DNA of 63,971 nucleotides, the filler included, from Choristocarpus tenellus KU-1152 (Eukaryota > Protista > Phaeophyceae), in assembly GCA_964200185.2 (NCBI GenBank). It is 11 parts of 11 records of this genome, joined end to end, with 100 filler letters (N's around TTAATTAATTAA, not from the genome) between each part and the next. Parts side by side here need not be neighbours in the genome. Positions count along the whole stretch, not along the records: positions 11,571 to 14,558 come from CAXNAD020023113.1; positions 14,659 to 19,016 come from CAXNAD020014935.1; positions 19,117 to 26,760 come from CAXNAD020005827.1; 8 more parts are not named here. One strand, written 5' to 3'. The translations under genes were made by a program, and so were the position numbers. Below the pieces are notes generated by a model that worked only from the letters and a program-made list of their open reading frames with translations, did not search any database and was not told the DNA's origin. This document shows, piece by piece, positions 13,079 through 26,860 of this stretch (its first letter is position 1; each line of letters opens with the position of its first letter).

Positions 13079-13343
13079 TTAGAGGGTAGAGCTGTGTCCA
13101 TTTTGTGGGACCAAAATCCAATGTTGCGTTTTTGATGGTGATGTGATGTGATCTTGGGTATCGTGCTTGTTGGGAGATGCCAATACCCTTGTTCCGGACA
13201 CTCCTTTTCACAATGTACACACTTTACCTACTCCAAAACACTTTGGACTGGGTAAAATGTCATTAAAACACCCGTGGGAAGCCAAGGCCTTACTTAAATG
13301 GACAAACAGGAAAAATCTCGTACCTTCTAAGGTACTTTCACTC
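13077..13343 (+). mobile_element. MITE family A copy, left end eroded by the microsatellite
   Basis: TCTTAGAGGGTAGAGC ... TACCTTCTAAGGTACTTTCACTC. Confidence 0.8.
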
Positions 13344-13610
13344 ATGAATTGTCTTCAGATTTTAACCTCATTCTAGAGTAGAGAGAACCTGACCGTCCCA
13401 ACCAACTCCCCCCCCCCTGGGGCAAGACAACATTTGTATTGTGATATTGTATATTGTTTTTTTTTTAGTGTACGAGGAGGGGTGTATGTCAAAATCCCCC
13501 TGTAAATAATAAAAAAAATACTGGAGATTTTTTTTTCCCGTTTTTTCTTGTTTTGGGAAAAAAGAATAAAAGAGAAAGGAGGATTTTAAACCCAGTTAAA
13601 CAATTGAATT

Positions 13611-13672
13611 TGGTTGTGGTTGTGGTTGTGGTTGTGGTTGTGGTTGTGGTTGTGGTTGTGGTTGTGGTTGTG
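13611..13672. repeat. (GTTGTG)n microsatellite
   Basis: Directly visible. Confidence 0.95.
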
Positions 13673-14094
13673 GGGAGGTGGTGGGTTGGTGCAATGGTAT
13701 CAATTTTACCACTCGCGGTGTATGGTAAGTAATACCACCAATGGTATCATTATCGGTCATACCCTAACCCTAGACCTGACATGTCTAGGGTTAGGTCTGG
13801 TCTGTTGATGTACTACTGCGTTCCTCTCCTCCCCTGGTGATGCATGGAGTGAATGCGCTCTGTCAAGACAAGAATGATTGTTTTATTTTATTTTGTGGTT
13901 GCATGGGAATACAGTGTGAGTGTTGAGTGGGACCTACCTACTGTTAAGAAAAAAGTCCCTGACCCGAGGTATATATACTGTTAAAAAAAAAATTCTTTGA
14001 ACGGGAGGTTATTTTATTATTATTTATTTTTTTGACAGAATCGCAGTGTTATCGCACAACATCAGCTTCGCAGTTTTTTTTTATGTAATACGAT

Positions 14095-14277
14095 ACCTGT
14101 TGTATGTATAGGAAGGCGTCTGGTTATTGTTTCACATGTACTGCAACTGTTGTACGTATAGGAAGGCGTCTGCTCCTCGTTTTGGGGTACAATACACCTG
14201 TTGAATGTATCGGAAGGCGTCTATTTTTGTTGTTTACAGACGTAATCTGGCACCTGTTGTGTAGTTGGAGCGTTTCT
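14095..14277. repeat. Repeat-spacer mini-array: 27-bp repeat x3 plus one degenerate copy, 23-29-nt spacers
   Basis: ACCTGTTGTATGTATAGGAAGGCGTCT-like copies at 14095, 14145, 14196 and (degenerate) 14252. Confidence 0.7.
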
Positions 14278-14512
14278 GTTCTGAAAAATGTGAAGCCTGT
14301 GGTTGGCTTCATTGTGATCTCGTCTGCGTGCTTCTTCTTATCTTTTCCTGATGGTAAAAACATGAGCAAAATTCCTGTGGGCTTCAAGTAGCCCATCTTT
14401 ATCAACCTTACTTTGATGTATAATGTTTTGTTGAAAGGGATTTATCGCTGGAAAAAAAAAAGTGGGGAGGCGTTTTCGTTCTGCCTTGTATATATTTTTT
14501 TGTGTGTGTGGT

Positions 14513-14724
14513 TCAAAGTATCTGGGGGGGGGGGATCTAGACCAGGGTGTCCATTCGGNNNNNNNNNNNNNNNNNNNNNNNNNNNNNNNNNNNNNNNNNN
14601 NNTTAATTAATTAANNNNNNNNNNNNNNNNNNNNNNNNNNNNNNNNNNNNNNNNNNNNACGTTTCCTGGTTTGGGTCAAAATGGACACCCTGGTGTAGAC
14701 CCCCCCCCCACAGATACTTTGGAT
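14513..14724. mobile_element. MITE family B fragments at two contig ends (14513-14558 and 14659-14724)
   Basis: CAAAGTATCTGGGGG..ACCAGGGTGTCCATT and its reverse complement, both truncated by the linker. Confidence 0.7.
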
Positions 14725-14759
14725 CTTGATCGAAAATTTTGTTGATTTCTCGAATGAAG

Positions 14760-15960
14760 GCAGGCGGGGAGAAAGTCTCAATCAACTATATACATCCAAC
14801 TTTAAGTCCGGGAACTAAAGCGAATGCACAGCATCTGGCAAGAAGTGGGAGACACCAAACCACCTGTGCGCAAATAGTCTCAATCTCACCTTCTCTTTCT
14901 TCCCTGGCGTCCTCATCGATGGCTACCTCTACCTGCTTCGTGACCTCTTCAAAGTAAGGATTGGTGGTAGCGAAAAGTCTCCGCATCTGCCTTTGCTATG
15001 ATCGTTTTCTCCTCCGCCTTGCAAGCCCTTTCGACCTTCTTTAGGGACTCAGAGCCCTTGTACCCCAACCCTAATTCCTTCTTTCTCGTTTCTTAAGCCA
15101 TTCCGGCTCGCATAGCTTCCAAACAGCCAGGGCCTCTTGTACCTGTCGACTACTAAGATATTCTACACCTGAGTCTTCACTTATGCGTTTCCTGAGCGCA
15201 ATGGCACGCAGTCGCACTGCTCTCTTCCCCAACCTTCCCTTCGCCTGCCATGACCAGGCTTCCCCACAGATTTCGTCCTCATACCATCTGGTGATGGACT
15301 CGCTATTCTCTTCCTGCTTTCACCAGGCGGCAGAGACGGCGGAGCAGTGCTCCACAGCGGTTGAAGATCCGACCACGTTTGTGTAGTAATGATTTCCGTG
15401 CATCTTCTCTCAGCATCAGTGTCGCAGTCGCATGGTCCATTGTGCGATTTGATCATGCCGCTGCGCCACAGTACACACACTTTCTCGTCATCTAACATCG
15501 CTCTGAGTGCCACATGGTACTTGCTTTTCTGTCACCTCTCGACAGAGAAGATGCCGAGGGTAGATCTTCAGCGACTCTCCTTATCTCACCGTCGTGGTTC
15601 ATGTTGCTGTGTGGGTTTCCCGTGTGTGTGCTCACAGTCTGTCTGCACATGGCATGAAAAGATGTCCGCAAATCTTGCTTTTTTTTTCAGTATCGTCACA
15701 CGCACCATATTTGGGCAGCGGCCTAACCCGCATCCGTTTTTTGTGGTGAGTTCAGCCAACCACTTCATTCTTGTACCTTTTGAAGTTGTAACCGTCAAAG
15801 TTGCGCTGCAGATGTTTCTCCGCATTTTGCCATTCATGCCTACCACAAATCAAGAGCTCTTGTCGTAAGCGTTCATTTGATGTATATATTGTATAGTTCT
15901 TGTGGGATACCAATAGAAAAAACAAGATTGCTTAGCAGGCATAAGATATTGGTACCACTT
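14760..15960 (-). mobile_element. Decayed interspersed element, homologous to 59075-60110; putative DNA-transposase N-terminal region
   Basis: Shared peptides with the 59-60 kb copy (KWLAEL..GRCP, AMLxDxKVxVxW..SMIKSxNGP, KSVGKPGHGRRRE, KLCEPEWLRK); many frameshifts. Confidence 0.55.
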
Positions 15961-17684
15961 TAGAGGCAGGTATATACGCTACTCAAATGCCTTTGTGGCA
16001 CAACATGTAGAGAGTTTCTGTAACATTATTTCTAGGCAAGAGCTGGAGATATGGATGGAGTTGCTTATCTCAAAAGAAATGTTTGAATGCGTCTTCTATT
16101 TAAAAATCATATTGGCACATTGTGTTTAGGGTGATGATGCAGGTGGACCTGTCATGGGTGTTTAAGTTGGAGTGCTGATTGAGGACAAAGGAGGTTATGT
16201 GCGGTATGTTACAGAGGAGAAGAAGTCTAGCTAAATCGAAATGTGACTAACGAGGAAGTGATGGGACGGTAGTAAAGAAGGATGCAGGGAGCACAGTTTC
16301 CGGGTATACTGCCCATTTATTGAATTTGGGTATTTACACAGTAGGCCTTGGTGGACAGAGAACTGAAGAAGGTAATCTACAGGCATCTGATCTGGTGTGT
16401 GGGTTGTGATGTGAGGGCATAAATGCATGCTGTTTCAACAAGGTGGTGGTACATTTGCATGCCAGATAGTACACCTCCATGCACCAAGTTATGGTTGATT
16501 ATGATGGTGTATGAAAATGAACTAATCAGTGCAATTTACGGTCACATACATGTAAAAAACAACCCTGGGTTCCAATGAAGGTGACCAAGAACCCAGTTGC
16601 TTTTGCCTTGTATCAGTCTGGTGACATACCAATCCAGTGGCAATTCATAACCCACTACAAAGAAAACTAAATACCTTGTTAAGCATAACTATACTGAGCT
16701 CATTCCCTCATAACACCCACCATATTTTCCTTTCAAGCTATTGCAGGGGCATTTGTGACCATGCAACACACTTGCTGATCTTGTTGATACCATTTCCCCG
16801 ATTCTGTACAACAGGGCTGCTTCGTAGCTGAGGTCACCTACTTTTCCGACCAACATGTCAAAGAGACACGCACGCACCTGAAGCAACACGCCAACAGCAC
16901 ATGCAATAAATCCGTGGATGTGTTCGCCATCAAACTTTAAAAAAAGAACAAGGCCTTTCAGGTAGTGAATTACTAACGAAGGTATCCGTACTGTTAGGCA
17001 TAGTCACACCTTGAATTATACGCTGAATGCTTTGCTGATCAAGACCAATGCTAACTTGCTAACTTGATTGATGCCAATTCTTGGATGGGCATGCAGGGTT
17101 CTGAATAGGTGCAAATGACCCGAAAACACACCCTTTAGCGGATGTTCTATCAACAAAGTGGAATGATCAAACTCTCGTAGTAGGTATTTTGCAAAAGCAC
17201 TGACAACACAAACATAATGTTAAACCCAAAAGCAATTCTAATGAGTTCCGTGCTATCATCATATTGTAACTTCTTTGCACTATCACACTGACAATGGGTT
17301 GGCAAAAAATCAGAGAGGTCAAAAATCTAGAAACATAGTCCTCAGTGCAAGGAAAATTTCGAGTCAATATATCTAATTCAGACCAACACAAACCCAGTCC
17401 AGAAAACATCCTCGCAAATTTGAGAGCAGTGTGAGAGGGTAGGGAGAGTGAGTGTACTAACATACACAGGAGGAAACAAAAAAAGCTCAGCCACCCTATG
17501 TACATTAGGAAAACAACTCTTCATCTCGGCATAAAAGCACAACAGGTGTAAAATATCTCGATATTACATGAAATTTCAAAAGAAAAAAAATGGCCATGTT
17601 GCACCTACAAACAAGAACTTGACATACAACATACTTCCTACAATCAAAAGGACATTCAACGTTTTAGAGGATTTTCCCCGTGCA

Positions 17685-17878
17685 GCATTAATTTTGGCTA
17701 TCGTGTTTAATAGGAAGTGTCAATATCCTTGTTCCAGACACGCCTTTTCCCAACATACACGTTTTACCTACTCCAAAACATTTTGGAGTGGGAAAATGTC
17801 ATAAAAAAAACAAGTGGGAAGCCAAGAGCCAAACGGATGAGCAGGCCAAAACTTGTATCCTCTGAGATACTTTCACTC
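17685..17878 (+). mobile_element. MITE family A, 5'-truncated
   Basis: Internal family A sequence ending CCTCTGAGATACTTTCACTC. Confidence 0.75.
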
Positions 17879-18078
17879 GAAATAGTTTTCATATTGTTGA
17901 AACCTGAATCGAATGCATCGTACTTTTGAGTAAAATGCGTAGTCTGCATTGCAAAGAGAACTCATAGTGCTGCAAAGCACCGATGAAAAAATGTGTAGTC
18001 TGTGTTGCGAAGGGAAGTCATAGTGCTGCAAAGCATCAATGCATTTGTTCTGTTTTAACTGAGGTCCTTGATAGCTCA

Positions 18079-18337
18079 GAGCCAAAGTATCTTAGAGGGT
18101 AGACCTCGTCCATTTGGGGGGCAAAATCCAATGTTGCGATGTTGATATAATTTTGGCTATCGTGTTAGTTAGGAAAGTGTCAATATCCTTGTTCCGGACA
18201 CACCTTTTCATAACATACACATTTTACCTACTCCAAAATATTTTGGACTAGGAAAATGTAATATAAAACCCCAAGGGAAGCCAAGCTCCAAATGGACAAA
18301 CAGGGCAAAACTTGTACTCTCTATGATACTTTCACTC
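18079..18337 (+). mobile_element. MITE family A copy
   Basis: GAGCCAAAGTATCTTAGAGGGTA ... GATACTTTCACTC; TSD tca. Confidence 0.9.
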
Positions 18338-18925
18338 TCAGTCAAGAATGATGTGATGTGAATTCATTGTTCTTTCTCTTAAGATACTCAACGAAAGAAG
18401 TCCATGATCTGTAGAGAGGCTTGTTACCTTGGCGGACAAGGGCTTTCATGGATTATTTAATTTTGAATAGATAGCATCTAGGTGTGCATCAGGTACACTT
18501 ATTGCAGAGCGAGCTTGGTGCATTTTGAGGGGGTGATGACAACCAAGAGATAAATAATAAACATCTAATGTACAACTGTGGTCTTCTGCTGCTAAGAAAA
18601 GGAAAAAGAAAGAAAACAAAAAAGGCAAATAACAGAACAACAGAACAAGCTTGAATCAATATATGATGCAACTCAAGTGACGCATAATACCCTTGTGTGT
18701 AGAATGCAGAGCGACTGTACTGTACTGTACTGTGCTGTTCTGAGGGCAATTGATGTGATGATGATGAACTAGTGACAGTAATGACCAGTGTGTAACGGAC
18801 CAATCAACAGTCAGTATTGACTGGCGGTACTGTATCGTATCAAGAAAAACAAATGAGTAGCTATCCCCCAAAATATCCGTGTTTCTTCTTCCAACAATGT
18901 GCGATTCTGAAGAACATTCCATTTG

Positions 18926-19203
18926 TGACCCAAAGTATCTGGGAGGGGCGGGGGGGGGGGTCTACACCAGGGTATCCATTTGGGCCAAAATAAGGAAAAG
19001 TGTATTTACGGTATCCNNNNNNNNNNNNNNNNNNNNNNNNNNNNNNNNNNNNNNNNNNNNTTAATTAATTAANNNNNNNNNNNNNNNNNNNNNNNNNNNN
19101 NNNNNNNNNNNNNNNNAGCGGAGCGAGAAGATAAAGTAAATTTGCCTGATGTTGGCCCGGGGTGACCCCCCCCCCCCCCCCCCCCCCCAGATACTCCGGG
19201 TCC
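18926..19203. mobile_element. MITE family B fragments at contig ends (18926-19016 and about 19140-19203)
   Basis: GACCCAAAGTATCTGGG.. start on one contig; ..CCCCAGATACTCCGGGTC end on the next. Confidence 0.65.
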
Positions 19204-19312
19204 CTGTGTACTACTTTAGCATGATGTGCTCTGCACAGAAAGAGTATGAAGCACTGGATACCCTCATGTGGCTTCACACATCAGCCACACTAACATTGCA
19301 GAAGAGTTGAAC

Positions 19313-20183
19313 CTGGAGTCGCCATCAAATCAAATAGGCTTTTGCTGTGCATCACATCTGAGAGGACAGAAATCTGTCCAGAGTCAACAAGTCGGTCATC
19401 ACACAGCCATCGCTTGAAGAGGGTATATAAACGCAGGGACAGAGTAGCCGAAAGGTACAAAACAAAACAAAAATAATAAAACAAATAAAACAAGAAATAA
19501 AAAGGAAAAAACTCTTTAGTTTCAAACAAAGACACAACTCTCAAAACCAAGGTACTCCAAAAAAAAGCACTTTCAAAGTGTACAAAGATGATCAAAAGCT
19601 CTGAGCTGCTGCTCTGTAGCCGCCCATTCTCTGCTATATCGCAGAGTACCTACCGACTTGTACCCATAAGGAGTAGGCTCACTTCTTTTCCCAACCATAA
19701 TAACAAAGACAGGAAGATAATCAATACACACACACACACACACACACACCGACGTGAATTCTGATATCAGGGGGGAGTCCAGTGGAAGCACCAATCCATA
19801 GTGCTGTGGGTTGAGAAGTCCATCTAACACCCCAAGTTGGCAGTACTCTGTGAGTGTCAAGTACTCTGCTGTCGCAGAGTCCATCAAAGTGGTGAGGGCC
19901 TCGCCATGCAATACCTTTCCCAGCAAAAAAGCAATGGGTGATCAGGTTAGCATGCGTGAGGATAAGATGTGAACATGGCAATACCATGGATCTACGATCG
20001 GTGTTGGAGGTATGAAAGATTCAGTCGTAAGTGAAAAAGAAATTTGCAGGTTAGAGCTCTAGTGCTCAGGGTTTGGGAGATAGAGGGGGATAGCCAACAA
20101 TGCACTCAATGGTATTTGAGGATTAAATGTTCTCACCTTTTCCAAGCAATCCTCAACCGAGAAGCAAGGCAGAGGTGTATCGT
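19313..20183 (-). CDS. Ionotropic glutamate receptor-like (GLR) S2 ligand-binding region, partial; exons 20183-20137, 19914-19750, tentative 19448-19313
   Basis: DTPLPCFSVEDCLEK|VLHGEALTTLMDSATAEYLTLTEYCQLGVLDGLLNPQHYGLVLPLDSPLISEFTS|ATLSLRLYTLFKRWLC matches the iGluR/SBP_bac_3 pattern D....EY.....C.L.......YG..LP..SP......A.L.L......L..KW. The third exon lacks an AG acceptor. Confidence 0.7.
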
Positions 20184-22449
20184 CTGCATAAGAAATCAAG
20201 CAAAGCAACAAAAAATTGAACAAGAGGATTGGAAGGAGGGATGGCGCGGCAGTGTGTGGGTAAGACACCATGCATCTCTCTAGAGACACAGCCTGCACAC
20301 AGCCCCTTGAGGACACAGTTACTGAATATTATTTTTTCCTTTTTGTACCATCTTGTTAAAAAAAAACATAAAATGGACACAATTGTTCGCTACACAAAAA
20401 AAGACACGATAGAACCACAACGACTAAGTTAAGACAGACTCATCCTTCAAACACCTGTGAAATGATTTACTCCAATATAATCCCTACAAAAACTTAACAC
20501 CTCACGTAGGCAAACAAACAGTTTGGTGCAGCAGAAGCAAGAACCTACACTATGTAGTAGATGTCATCACATTTTGTCGACTCTTGTGTATTCAAAGTAT
20601 CAATTCACGGGGAGATTTTCAAACACCAGGAGAGTGTGACCTTAGCAAAGACGATGCAAAAGATACTTTAAACTATTGGCATCAGCAGGCCCCACCCTGA
20701 AGAGTGCTCAATATCTTGTACAAAAATACACCTAATATTAGACCTGAAGTAGTTCATGGTATTGTTAGTACCACACAGTGGCCCACACAAGGAAGCGGTC
20801 AGTCCATTAATGAACATAAGGTTCACAAACGTACCATAGCGCTGTGAAGCAGTTCTGGCTTTAGATGTATGCACTATGTATGGCAAATACACCCCAAGAT
20901 GGAGAACTTCGCCCCAACAGTTTTGGTTCCACACCTCATGTTCTAGAGTCCATCTTCAACAGTAGTCTCAGGAAGTAGAACGACATTATCAGACATCTCT
21001 AAATTCTTAGTTCCATTTTTTTGGTACTATCCATACCATACTACTTTGTGATTCTATATGTATATACTAATATCTGAACCTTGCCCTTCAAATCGTCAGC
21101 CTTGTGCTCTTGATGACCTCTCACAGACGCAGTGAAGGCTGTCCTCCGTGGAATCATCTGTGTGACGGATGGAAAATGCCTCTTCCACCCAGTTTGATCG
21201 AAAACCCTACAAATACAGGGATGAGGACTATCGCCATCCATACAGCAGACTAGCAAATCCAGCCAGTATTCGAAAAATTCAACCACCTAACCTGATTGAC
21301 AGCTTTGGCGTTCTTGCCTCCTGTACCAATTTGCCATTAACCTCAAAGCACCACCTATCCAACTTCATGTTCAAATCCATGCTCGGAAGAACAGTAACTG
21401 TACCTTATATAAACCAGTGAAATAATTATCACAACCCACCCACGCGCAATTCTTGTCACCAATATAGAGTACGGTAGTCTGCGCAAGACACATAACCCCA
21501 AGGGACACCTTGAGCTGAAGATTCAGGTGCTCAAGGTTCTTTCTGCTGAATGGACGTATGATGGGGACATTCAAGGAGGAACACAACCCAGCTTCATGCC
21601 CAAACATTACACACTCTCCTCCAGCACTGCAGCATGTGCCGCACACAGGAGAGTACAGATCACACCCATCTTAAAGGGAGCACTTGTGAGAACCGAGTGT
21701 GAGAGCAGTGAGACAACCGTGTGCAAATGGAGGGTGCTGTTCACCGGTTGTATGGTTTGCATGGGCAATGCTCACTTGATAGAGAGAGCCGTTCGGGATT
21801 GGGGTAACTTGCGCCTGAGAAAGCCAAGGAGAAGGAAGGTAGATGATAGATGGGAGGATTCGAGGAAATATTATGGTCCTTTCAAAAAGTGATTTAAGCA
21901 TTTCAAGGTCACAGGTAAAGAGTAGGCTTCACACAAGTAGATAGTCCAGTTGTGTGGATGCAGCCAAACACTCCAACAAAGGACGTCTGGCATGCCAAGG
22001 AGGTAGATGCAGTCACAGCTTGCCACAAGAAAGTGGCCACAGTCACTCAACGCAAGTGTCACCGCCTTCTCTACTTTGATTTGGGATTGGGGTCTGATCT
22101 CGGATTCATTCTGTGGTAGAGATACCAATGTGCTGCTGGTGTACAGGAACTAGACTATTTTATGTTTTGTTATGTGACTCTGGGCGGACAGATGCCCCCT
22201 CCTTGGACTAGTTATAAGCCTTGATCCTGGAGCTGGTATCTTGTTACGGATTCGATTGACTCAAGCATATGCCCTTTCCCGACATATTTGACTTCTTCCT
22301 TTCTGCACTTCTCCCTTTTCATGAATTTGTGCAATTAGTTGGTTTCATCGATTATCGTTCTTTTTCTTTCCGCATTTTTGTGTATCACTCTGCTCTTGGT
22401 CATCTGCATACATGTAAGTTCCTCTAATTCTCATCTCATTTTCGTATTT

Positions 22450-25400
22450 CCTTTCTGACCTTGGATCCAAGTCATCATGATACATGTTGCCTCTTTCTCC
22501 CCCATGACATCACCTATAAAAATCTCCAATCCAATCACCATTGAATGCCTCAAACCGCGTGCATTCATAAATCACTACGTAAAATTGTTAACTATTCCTA
22601 AATTGGGTCCAGACGAAATGCTGCTTGATTATAGTATCATGCAGTTATTTGGTCCAATCCTTGTTTGAAAGGACACCTCTCATTATACAACAATTCATGT
22701 AGCATTACATCTGTCCACAATACGACTATAATACCAGCACTACAAGCACTAACCACAAGCATTCCCAATATCGGTTTTGTAGTGGAGGAGGCAACACGAC
22801 TTAGATCACATACCCGTTTGATCACATCAACAGACAGACACGAAATATTCGAAATGCTGCTGAAACCCCATCCCTTAATTATTCAGAAGCTATCGAGGCG
22901 CCAACACATTCTGTGACTGATTTAGAACAGCATCACGAACCTCAAGAACCACTAGATAGTGAATGGGATCATTGCTCCTCACACTGCAAGCCCTTAGCCG
23001 ACATACAATTGATACGCAATCGTCCGCCCGGCAAACCTCAACACTCATACCAGGAAAAAAACCTTGTGATAAACCATCTAGCACCGATTTCTGGTCAAGA
23101 ATAACAAACTTTACCGCCCTCCAGTAAGATTCTACTCTACTTCATTTACAGCAAAAGAAGATTCTAATTATACCTTGGGTAACAGGGAAAGATTCGAAAG
23201 ATGCCGCATGTTGAATCAGACATAAATGTCTCAGCTACTGGTCCCCTGTGCGTATGATAGCAGTGCTTTGATTGACCCCAGACGAACTCAGAAGTTGCCC
23301 TCCGCCACAAGCACAATTTCTAATAGAACCCGGCAGAAGATCTTTTGCTAAATCCAAGGAAAGAGTTAAGAATATCATTCCAAAGAAGTAGTTGATATTG
23401 TACGGAAGAGAGCAGTATCAACAAAAAACGAGCCCACCTGTAACAATTAAAGCTAATCCTGACATTTGTCTGAGATTTTGCGCAGACAAGGAACAAGTAT
23501 CGACAAACACCTCATTGGAAAGACTCTGTCAAAGCCTGAGAACATCATTGCGATAAATTTATATGCCTTCCCTTCAGCCTTGGAGTGGGAACCTACTTCA
23601 ACCCTACCTGACCCCAACCTGTGGTCAGAGGCACTACATACTGCACTACTTCTCATACAAACTACTGTGGTACTACCTGTTGAACTACAAGTAATAACGC
23701 TGCCCAATGCATGTCTTGACTTTTCTCATTTGTTGGACTCAGCCATCCCACCGCTTGTCACTCCCCCTCCCTCAAAACTTGTGCAATAGGAAGTGTTCAC
23801 CTGGCCACTATGAAGCCCAGTCATAATGTTTCAAGCTTTCCACTTTCCTTGGTCGTTTGGGAACTGACGGTAAAAAGATCGTTTCGAAGAGCTGCACCCA
23901 AATATTGTACTATCAAGAAGTTCAAAACAATGGATTCTTAGTATCCTGGTAGACATGAAAAAAAATCGGTTATTAGATACCATGGACATGAATGAAATCA
24001 ACCTTTCAATGTCGATCCCTCACACGACCCTCCAATGAACACATCTCGCCAAAGTAGGGTACAGGTGGTCTGTTCTGTTGCACTTACCATTCAGTACATC
24101 AAACTCAAATTTCCCTGACAAGGAAATCTGACATTGATTGGGTTTGAACTCACAAATCCCTTCGAGGGGAAGTGGTCAACTACATGCCACTGAGCTACAC
24201 ACTGGGCCAAAGTCAACCCTAGACTCAAGACAAACATGTACAGCAGATGCACACTTCGAGAAATAATAAAAATAAGGGAATAATATTTCGTCCAACCACA
24301 TTTCTTGGTTTTTAAGAAAGGAAGAAGTACTCAGGATTAATGGAAAATCTTCAGGAATTTTTCGAGATAGACAACAACAAAAAAAAAGTTGGAAATCGTG
24401 AAGTAGGTTTGAGATCCTAACTAGATGTGGGGCACCTGGGATAAGGGCTATTCTAGGCCAGTTTGGAGAAAGTACTTCAGCCCCCCCAAGTGAATTGAAA
24501 GTATTAAAAACACTGTCAAACCTGCTACGAGTCGACCCATCCCATCAAATACATAACGGAGTAAAACCTGACGTCCAAATGCATAGACTAAACTATAGTA
24601 GTGCCTCCAACTCATAATACAAAATGTAATTAAGTGAGTGCACAATCAGATTAAGTGGATCATTTATTTATTTATTGGGGGAGGGGGTATTCCCGTTGTG
24701 CTCATATTCACGCAATAGTACTGCCTATCCATCACACAAAGCCCACCTCATTGGAACGCTGACATACACAGGACTCAAAGGATGGGTCTTCAGAGGCTCT
24801 AATCATCGTGGTTGTAAATTACTAAGCCATGTAACCGATGGCAAAATGATACACCCACTTAGACTGACAACAGTCTCTTCAACCCGCTTAGTAATGGTCC
24901 CCTAGCATTCAACTCGTAATATGAGAATACACCATTTCCTCTTCTCCGCCAGGGGTGGGATCTTGATCAATCCTCCTCCACACATAGCCCTAACCCTTCA
25001 GCATGGTGGCGCCCAGACCCCTCAACGAGATTTCCACCCCAACTTCATCTTTACCCAAGTAACCAAAATACCAACCGAAAACCGTACTTCCCAACGATTG
25101 CCACGTATTGATGAAGAGTTCCGTCTCCTCAACCTCCTATATCCAAAGAGTTTGCACCTCTGATCAGAGTCCACTTGAGCACCCCCCCTCCCAACTCTAC
25201 AGGTGCTAAAGATATCCTATTTCTCAATTCCAAGTATTTCCGGCGTGGAAGCCTTTATTCGCACTCCACTGCAACGCTTTATTCAACAGCCCCCATCACC
25301 TCAGTTTGACCCATGTAGTTGTGGCCTACAAACTGACCGTACAGGATCAGCTGTAACTGGGCCTGCCCCTTGGAAAGCACCTCTCCGGTGACCAACTTCA

Positions 25401-26000
25401 ACATCTCCATTTGCTTTCTTGGTAACACTTTCCCAACCTCTTGACGATTACTTCTGGTCCCACTTTCCAACCATTTCTTCCTCGCTGCAGTCATGCAGAC
25501 CCATACTCGATCACCTCTCAGCCTCCCCATCTTGCTTTGCGGCATACCCTTGTCTGTAGGTGTCTCTGGAGGCTCCCCTCTGAACCTCTAACCTTTTCTA
25601 TTCACTGTCCTGGGACTCCTCGCTAGGGGATGTTGATAACTAAGGGTCACACAAACCAAAATCAGTCCGACATGATTGTCTACACCCATTCTCCCTGACC
25701 ACTAACTTTGGTCTTCCTAAGTGTCCTTGTGCGGCCTAGAGAGACCATAGATCTATCGGGACTTGTAAAACTTCCCCCCCAATTATTCACAGGCACCAAA
25801 AGGAGAATGTTTAAAGATAAGCCTGAAGTGTTAGACCAACTTGAAACTCAAGTCCTGAACTTTCACTCGATTGCACCAAGGGAAGTAAACACCATACATA
25901 CAATCGAGTGATTCGATAATTGCAACTACAATCAACTCATTGAACCAAATTTCACTTTCTGAAATTTATATTCTAAATCCCTAGAAAGCGAGATAATGAT
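22450..26000 (+). mobile_element. Highly decayed non-LTR retrotransposon (LINE-like)
   Basis: Long interrupted coding-like tract ending in a degenerate CxxC..E...HCP knuckle (LVCRCLWRLPSEPLTFSIHCPG) followed by a PD-like DMIVYT segment; no intact RT motif recognised. Confidence 0.35.
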
Positions 26001-26860
26001 CCTGAGCACTACTTACCTCTGCAATAGATCTTGGTCCATACCCCCCCATTTCAACATCTTGATCACATTACAAGTTATTTCAACAGGTCATCCCTTGTAC
26101 ATAACCATACGCATACATCTATTACACATTTGTATGTAACATTTGTATGTCTACTGGGTGCGATAGGCAAGTGTGTATATATTCCCACAAATTTCCAACA
26201 CCTTGACAAGCGTTTAAATGTATCACATGTGAGATTTTGTCATACACAGACTGGATTTCACACCTTAGCATTGATCCCCGCCTCCTTTCTCATCCTCTTC
26301 AAGTCTCATCTCATCTCACCTCTACTTAAGCACCCCTCCCCAAAGCATTTCATCACCTCCCTCTCATAAAATTTCTGCAGATTGCCCCCCTGCTTGAGTG
26401 CCACCTTTTGAGGGAGTGTAGGGCGAGCACATGTTCAGAAACCAATGCATCAATGCATACTACTTAAGTATACTATAGTGCCATCAACTGTTGTCACAGA
26501 CTCAATCGAGAGCAGTCACAATGAAGAGATTAGGTCATGGAAGAGACCAAGGAAGGACTTTTACACTGAATGTACTTTGTTTTTTGTTTTTTTACCTTAT
26601 TGTGCGACACCTCCCCAGATTCAAAAGATTTGACGCTGATTTGCTGGAGAGCAGACGTAGACACAAATGTGACCATGTAGGAGTCAGCAAAAGTGCATTA
26701 AAGGTCAGGGTGGGGGGGGGGGGGGGGGGGGGAAAGGGGGTGCGGAAGAAAATGGGAAAANNNNNNNNNNNNNNNNNNNNNNNNNNNNNNNNNNNNNNNN
26801 NNNNTTAATTAATTAANNNNNNNNNNNNNNNNNNNNNNNNNNNNNNNNNNNNNNNNNNNN

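Noticed and set aside
14095-14277. Bona fide CRISPR array call
   Set aside because: Eukaryotic context, only 3-4 imperfect repeats and no cas genes or leader; kept as a repeat and as a finding.
20668-20934. NGLTASLCGPLCG peptide resembling a Harbinger DDE motif
   Set aside because: Too short and degenerate to call.
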